A stretch of 64,000 nt of DNA from an uncultured Actinomycetes bacterium (GTDB lineage: Bacteria > Actinomycetota > Thermoleophilia > Gaiellales > JALYLC01). A program made the translations under genes and the position numbers. Below are positions 60,118 through 64,000 of the stretch, one piece after another (positions within the stretch are counted from its first letter, which is position 1; the number at the start of each line of letters is the position of its first letter). A model generated the notes under the pieces. The model was not told where the DNA came from. It searched no databases and saw only the letters and a list, made by a program, of their open reading frames with translations. The stretch covers positions 156,189-220,188 of the forward strand of contig CAVUPB010000009.1 in the NCBI GenBank assembly GCA_963743275.1, given 5' to 3'.

Positions 60118-60918
60118 TCAGCCCCTGCGGTAGCGCCACGTCGCGAGCGGCGCGAACACGAGCAGCATCCCGCCGATCCAGAGCAGGGCGACGACGACAT
60201 CGCGGGTCGACGCCGTGCCGAGCGAGAGCCCGCGCACCGCGTTGGCGACCTTCGTGATGGGCTGGTGCTGGGCGAACGCGCGGAGCCACGAGGGCATCGT
60301 CTGCGGAGAGACGAAGATCGAGCTCGCGAAGACGAGCGGGAAGAGCGGCACGAAGCCCGCCACCTGCGCGGTCTCGGGGTCGCGCACGAGCAACCCGACG
60401 AGCGCGAAGAACCACGAGAACGCATACCCGAAGAGCAGCGCGATGCCCATCGCCCCGATGGCCTCGAGCAGGCCGCCCTGGAAGCGGAAGTCGACGGCGT
60501 ACCCCACCGCGACCATGAGCATGATCACGAAGAGGTTGCGCACGCCGTCCGCCGCGGTGCGGCCGGCGAGCACGGCCGAGCGCGCCATCGGCAGCGAGCG
60601 GAAGCGGTCGATCATGCCGCCCTTGAGGTCGTAGGCCAGCGCGACCGCGGCCGTCGTGGAGCCGAACACGACCGTCTGCACGAACACGCCGGGCAGCAGG
60701 AAGCTCGCGTAGCTCTTCGTGGGCACGTTGATCGCGCCGCCGAAGACGTAGCGGAAGAGCAGCACGAACATGACCGGCTGGATCGTCGAGAAGACGAGCA
60801 GCTGGGGCGTGCGGATGATCGTGAGCAGATTGCGGCGCGCGATCACGATGGCGTCGCTGAAGACGGCCGACGGCGGCAGGTGCGCCGGCGGCAGGGAGTG
60901 GCGGTCGCCGGGGCTCAC
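60118..60918 (-). CDS. ABC-2 type exporter permease
   Basis: Six TM helices. NLLTIIRTPQLLVFSTIQPVMFVLLF and MPSWLRAFAQHQPIT motifs. GTGA overlap with the ATPase. Confidence 0.85.
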   Translation of the reverse strand: MSPGDRHSLPPAHLPPSAVFSDAIVIARRNLLTIIRTPQLLVFSTIQPVMFVLLFRYVFGGAINVPTKSYASFLLPGVFVQTVVFGSTTAAVALAYDLKGGMIDRFRSLPMARSAVLAGRTAADGVRNLFVIMLMVAVGYAVDFRFQGGLLEAIGAMGIALLFGYAFSWFFALVGLLVRDPETAQVAGFVPLFPLVFASSIFVSPQTMPSWLRAFAQHQPITKVANAVRGLSLGTASTRDVVVALLWIGGMLLVFAPLATWRYRRG

Positions 60919-61934
60919 GCGCCGCCTCCGCGCTTGCGGCGGCGCCCCTTCGGCGCCGGGCCGTCGCCGTCCTCGGGCGCGTCGGGCGTCGCGCCGCGTC
61001 CGGTCAGCGCCAGGAACACGTCGTCGAGCGACGGGCGGCGGAGGCTCAGGTCGCTGGGCACGATTCCCTCCTCGTCGAGACGGCGGACGGCGCTCATGAG
61101 ATCGCTCGCGCCCTGGTGGACCGGGAGCGTGATGCGGCGCTCGCCGGCGTCCACGCTCGCCTCGCCGCTGCCGATGCCGGCGAGGGCCGCGGCGGTCTGC
61201 TCGAGCGAGGCGCCGTCGGCCAGGTGCAGCTCGAGCACGTCGGCGCCCATGCGGGCCTTGAGCTCGTTGGGGGTGCCCCGCGCGATCACCTTGCCGTGGT
61301 CGATGACCACGATGTGGCCGGCGAGGTTGTCGGCCTCGTCCAGGTACTGGGTCGTGAGCAGCACCGTGGTGCCGTCGTCGACGAGCTCGCGGATGAACGC
61401 CCACACGTCGTTGCGCGACTGCGGATCGAGGCCGGTCGTCGGCTCGTCGAGGAGCAGCAGCCGCGGGCGGCCGACGAGGCTCGCGCCGAGGTCGAGCCGG
61501 CGGCGCATGCCGCCCGAGTAGCCGCGCACGACGCGGTCGGCGGCCTCGGTCAGGCCGAGGAGCTCGAGCGACTCGCCGGCGCGCCGCTTGGCCTCGGCGC
61601 GGCCGAGGCGGTAGAGGCGGCCGACCATCTCGAGGTTCTCGCGGCCGGTGAGCGTGCCGTCGACGGCGGCGAACTGCCCGGCGAGGCCGATCAGCGCGCG
61701 CACGCGCGTCGCCTCGTGGACGACGTCGCAGCCGAACACGCGCGCGCTGCCCGCATCCGGCGCGAGCAGCGTCGCGAGCACGCGCACGAGCGTCGTCTTC
61801 CCGGCGCCGTTCGGCCCCAGCAGACCCTGGACGGTCCCGGCCGGGACGGCGAGGTCGACGCCGTCGAGCGCGCGCGTCTCGCCGAACGAGACGGCCACGC
61901 CCTCGACCTCGACTGCGGGTGCGGAAGCGTCCAT
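60915..61934 (-). CDS. ABC exporter ATP-binding protein (DrrA-like)
   Basis: GPNGAGKTT, YSGGMRRRL and LLLDEPTTGLDP motifs. ATG 61934. Confidence 0.9.
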   Translation of the reverse strand: MDASAPAVEVEGVAVSFGETRALDGVDLAVPAGTVQGLLGPNGAGKTTLVRVLATLLAPDAGSARVFGCDVVHEATRVRALIGLAGQFAAVDGTLTGRENLEMVGRLYRLGRAEAKRRAGESLELLGLTEAADRVVRGYSGGMRRRLDLGASLVGRPRLLLLDEPTTGLDPQSRNDVWAFIRELVDDGTTVLLTTQYLDEADNLAGHIVVIDHGKVIARGTPNELKARMGADVLELHLADGASLEQTAAALAGIGSGEASVDAGERRITLPVHQGASDLMSAVRRLDEEGIVPSDLSLRRPSLDDVFLALTGRGATPDAPEDGDGPAPKGRRRKRGGGA

Positions 61935-61997
61935 CGAACGTGTAGAGGTAGCAGACGTCGCGCCGCCCGACCGCAGGCACCGCGCGGTGCGAGCGGG

Positions 61998-62003
61998 TAC
62001 GGT
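61998..62003 (+). promoter_or_regulatory. Candidate -10 hexamer TACGGT, 6 nt before GTG 62010 (leaderless geometry)
   Basis: TAnnnT with no SD. Confidence 0.3.
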
Positions 62004-62009
62004 GGCCGC

Positions 62010-62570
62010 GTGGCGAGGACGTGGCTCTCGGTGACGGTCGAGCTCGTGGAGGGTGCGGGCTATCGCTTCTGGCCGCGGCCGGGGCGCGTGTTCGCGGCCG
62101 CGCGCACCCACACGTTCGCGCAGCTCGCGACGGCGATCGACGTCTCGTTCGGGCGCTGGGACCTCTCGCACCTGTGGCAGTTCGAGCTCGCGGGGCACGT
62201 CTACGTGGCGCCGGAGGACCCCGAGTGGGCAAGCGCCGAGAGCGACAGCGTGCTCAACGGGAACTCGCGCCTCAGCCGGCTCGCCGTGGGCGACGTGTTC
62301 GTGTACCAGTTCGATCCGGCCGATGCCTGGCTGCACGTCTGCCGCGTCGCCGAGGGCCGCATCGACCCGGTCGAGGAGCTCGGTGAGACGCCGCCCGAGC
62401 CGACCGCGTACGACGGCTGGGGCATCCTGCCCGATCAGTACCTGCGGCGCTTCGCGGCCGATGACGGCGAGCAGCCCGTGCCGCCCGATCTGCGCAATCG
62501 CGACCTCCCGCCGCTGCGGCCCTGGTGGGGCCCCGGAGCGGCGCTGCCGCCCGCCTCAGGCGACGAGTAG
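62010..62570 (+). CDS. pRiA4b ORF-3-like (PF07929-type) domain protein
   Basis: WLSVTVELVEGAGYRFWPRPGRVFAAARTHTFAQLATAIDVSFGRWDLSHLWQFEL...VFVYQFDPADAWLHVCRV follows the family pattern (...W.H.F.. / Y.YDFGD.W.H...V). Confidence 0.6.
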   Translation: MARTWLSVTVELVEGAGYRFWPRPGRVFAAARTHTFAQLATAIDVSFGRWDLSHLWQFELAGHVYVAPEDPEWASAESDSVLNGNSRLSRLAVGDVFVYQFDPADAWLHVCRVAEGRIDPVEELGETPPEPTAYDGWGILPDQYLRRFAADDGEQPVPPDLRNRDLPPLRPWWGPGAALPPASGDE

Positions 62571-64000
62571 GCGCTGTTTGACGGTGCGCGGGGCGCCCGC
62601 GCCGTTGCGGTAGGCGGCGCGCACGACGACCGCCGCGCCGGTGAGCGAGGCGGCGCCCCCGGCCGGCGCGAGCTCGACGACGCCTCCGGGCGAGCGCAGG
62701 GAGAAGTGGCCGCTCGCGACGGCGTGACCGCCCGCGAGCACGCGCAGCGATCCGGCGCATCTGCGCTCGCCGCGCGCGCAGCGCAGCGAGAGCGAGAGCG
62801 TGCCGTCGCTCGCCACGCCGACGGCGGCGATGCGCAGGCCGACGCGCGCGCGTGCGCTCTTGCTGGTGGCGGTGGTGTGGGCGCCGGCGGCGCTCGCGGT
62901 GACGCGGCACGCCAGCGGGCGCCCGCGATCGGCGAGCGCGACGCGGTAGCGCGCGTCCGTCGCGCTCGCGATCGGCTTGCCGCCGCGCAGCCATTGGTAG
63001 GACAGGTGCGGGCTCCCCTGCCACTTGCCGGGGAGGCAGCGCGTGCGCCCGCCGACGACCGGGATCTCGGGCTGCAGCGACGGGCGGACGAGGTCTGCGA
63101 CCGCCCCGTCGTCGCCGCCCTTGACGACGCTGAGCTCGACCCCCGCCGCCGTGTAGGAGGCGTTCCAGGCCCGCCCGCCGCCGAGCGGCGCCGCGACCTT
63201 CGCGAACGTCCCGTGCGGCTTGGCCGCAGTCGCCAGCACGAGCGGCGTCGCCGTCGCGGCCGGCGCGTAGCCCGTGGTGACCGCGAGCGTCCCCGCCAGG
63301 GACGTCGAGCCCTCGACGTGCAGCGAGTCGCCGTCGCCGGCGCCGCGCAGGTCGAGCGCGAGCGTTCCCGACGCGCCCTGGGAGTACTCGCCGGTGATGC
63401 GCAGCGCGCCATTCGGCGAGACGGTGCCCGCGCCGTTGTCGAGCGCGGCGTCGAGCGTGCCCGAGCCGCTCAGGCTGCCGTTGCCGGTGAGCGCGAGCGC
63501 GCCGGCGCCGCCGTCGACGGCGAGGCTGCCGCCGGCGGCGATCGCGATCTCGTCGCCGAGGACGTCGGGCGGCGCCGACTCGCCGGCGGGGCCGCCCGGG
63601 CCGTCGTTGATGCTGACGTCGACGGCCCCCTTCGCCCCGACGGCGAAACGGTGCAGCGCGGGTGCGCCCGGCAGGACGAGCGAGACGTCCGCCCCCGGCT
63701 CGACCTCGAGCGTCCCGCCCGCCATGTCGATGGCCGGTGGCACGATCTGCAGCCCCGAGCCCGCGAGGCCGAGCGTCGCGCCGGCGGCGATCGCGAGCGA
63801 GCCCGCGCCCTGGAAGTTCCCGATCAGCTTGCCGGCGGCGACCTGGATGGCGGCGCCGTCGATGAGCACGTCGACGGCGAGGTCGCTGGTCGTGGCGTCC
63901 TGCTTGACGAGCGTCGAGCCGCCGTCGAGCTGGATGGCCGCATCGCCGCTGCCCGTGAACTGCGCCGCCGTCGCCCCGGCGATCGCGAGCTGCGCGCCGA
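62556..64000 (-). CDS. Large secreted/surface protein, 3' part only (beta-helix-like G/A/L repeats + Ig-like domain); continues beyond window
   Basis: The frame is open to nt 64000. Repetitive GxLxLxG segments. Ig-like C..GKW.G.P.LSYQWLRGG..I.....RY.....D.G..L.C.VTA motif. The stop overlaps the convergent gene by 15 nt. Confidence 0.7.
   Translation of the reverse strand, partial: GAQLAIAGATAAQFTGSGDAAIQLDGGSTLVKQDATTSDLAVDVLIDGAAIQVAAGKLIGNFQGAGSLAIAAGATLGLAGSGLQIVPPAIDMAGGTLEVEPGADVSLVLPGAPALHRFAVGAKGAVDVSINDGPGGPAGESAPPDVLGDEIAIAAGGSLAVDGGAGALALTGNGSLSGSGTLDAALDNGAGTVSPNGALRITGEYSQGASGTLALDLRGAGDGDSLHVEGSTSLAGTLAVTTGYAPAATATPLVLATAAKPHGTFAKVAAPLGGGRAWNASYTAAGVELSVVKGGDDGAVADLVRPSLQPEIPVVGGRTRCLPGKWQGSPHLSYQWLRGGKPIASATDARYRVALADRGRPLACRVTASAAGAHTTATSKSARARVGLRIAAVGVASDGTLSLSLRCARGERRCAGSLRVLAGGHAVASGHFSLRSPGGVVELAPAGGAASLTGAAVVVRAAYRNGAGAPRTVKQRLLVA

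Noticed and set aside
1-64000. CRISPR arrays, tRNA/rRNA genes, IS elements, integrases, prophage or conjugation genes
   Set aside because: I found no regularly spaced direct repeats, no tRNA-like T-arm (GGTTCGAATCC-type) in intergenic DNA, and no transposase/integrase/recombinase-like ORFs in any frame. The only repeats are the short palindromes and the 57-nt coding repeat reported above.

Overview
Very GC-rich (by eye >70% G+C, with third codon positions of real genes almost all G/C), densely coding chromosomal window of actinobacterial type. A Thermoleophilia/Solirubrobacterales-like origin is only my guess. I saw no rRNA, tRNA, CRISPR array, transposase or integrase. Most long ORFs in the six-frame track are antisense or alternate-frame artefacts of the high GC. 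I called genes where the protein shows family motifs, strong GC3 bias and sensible start/stop coupling (many ATGA/GTGA overlaps). Layout: (1) 0-10.3 kb sugar/cyclitol-type catabolic cluster: beta-propeller/LamG protein, three-gene ABC importer without ATPase, two Gfo/Idh/MocA oxidoreductases, TIM-barrel isomerase, GH4 glycosidase, BadF-type kinase. (2) 10.4-12.0 kb YciI + ECF sigma pair. (3) 12.7-31.1 kb potassium-homeostasis super-locus: KdpD-C-type kinase + regulator, DUF2254, kdpF-like peptide + kdpF-A-C-B, kdpE, KdpD split into two divergent genes, a KimA-type K+ importer fused to a kinase-less KdpD membrane/GAF module, DUF1003, and a second APC-core permease. (4) 31-39.3 kb mixed metabolism: methyltransferases, bicupin, ROK kinase, NTF2-like, GcvT-family, HD-GYP, ACT-malic enzyme. 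(5) 39.4-43.7 kb xanthine-dehydrogenase/CoxLSM-type molybdoenzyme operon plus cupin. (6) 43.7-46.3 kb decayed patch: truncated LysR, frameshifted paralogues, head-to-head gene remnants. (7) 46.3-51.0 kb iolC-iolB-iolD plus dehydrogenase. (8) 51.0-53.8 kb lower-GC accessory islet: AAA ATPase, repeat-tailed secreted protein, HicA-like/HTH pair. (9) 53.8-56.1 kb class I aldolase, second DUF1003, DHFR-like reductase. (10) 56.2-60.1 kb metal ABC importer with a permease-lipoprotein fusion, plus a Fur/Zur regulator. (11) 60.1-61.9 kb ABC-2 exporter. (12) 62.0-64.0 kb pRiA4b-ORF3-like protein and a large surface protein running off the window. Most interesting: the KimA-DUF4118 fusion and split KdpD; a ~105-nt promoter/leader module shared by two unrelated membrane-protein genes; a two-member protein family (soluble and membrane-anchored) present twice; six single-base frame disruptions at short G/C runs; REP-like palindromes; and recurrent leaderless-promoter geometry.
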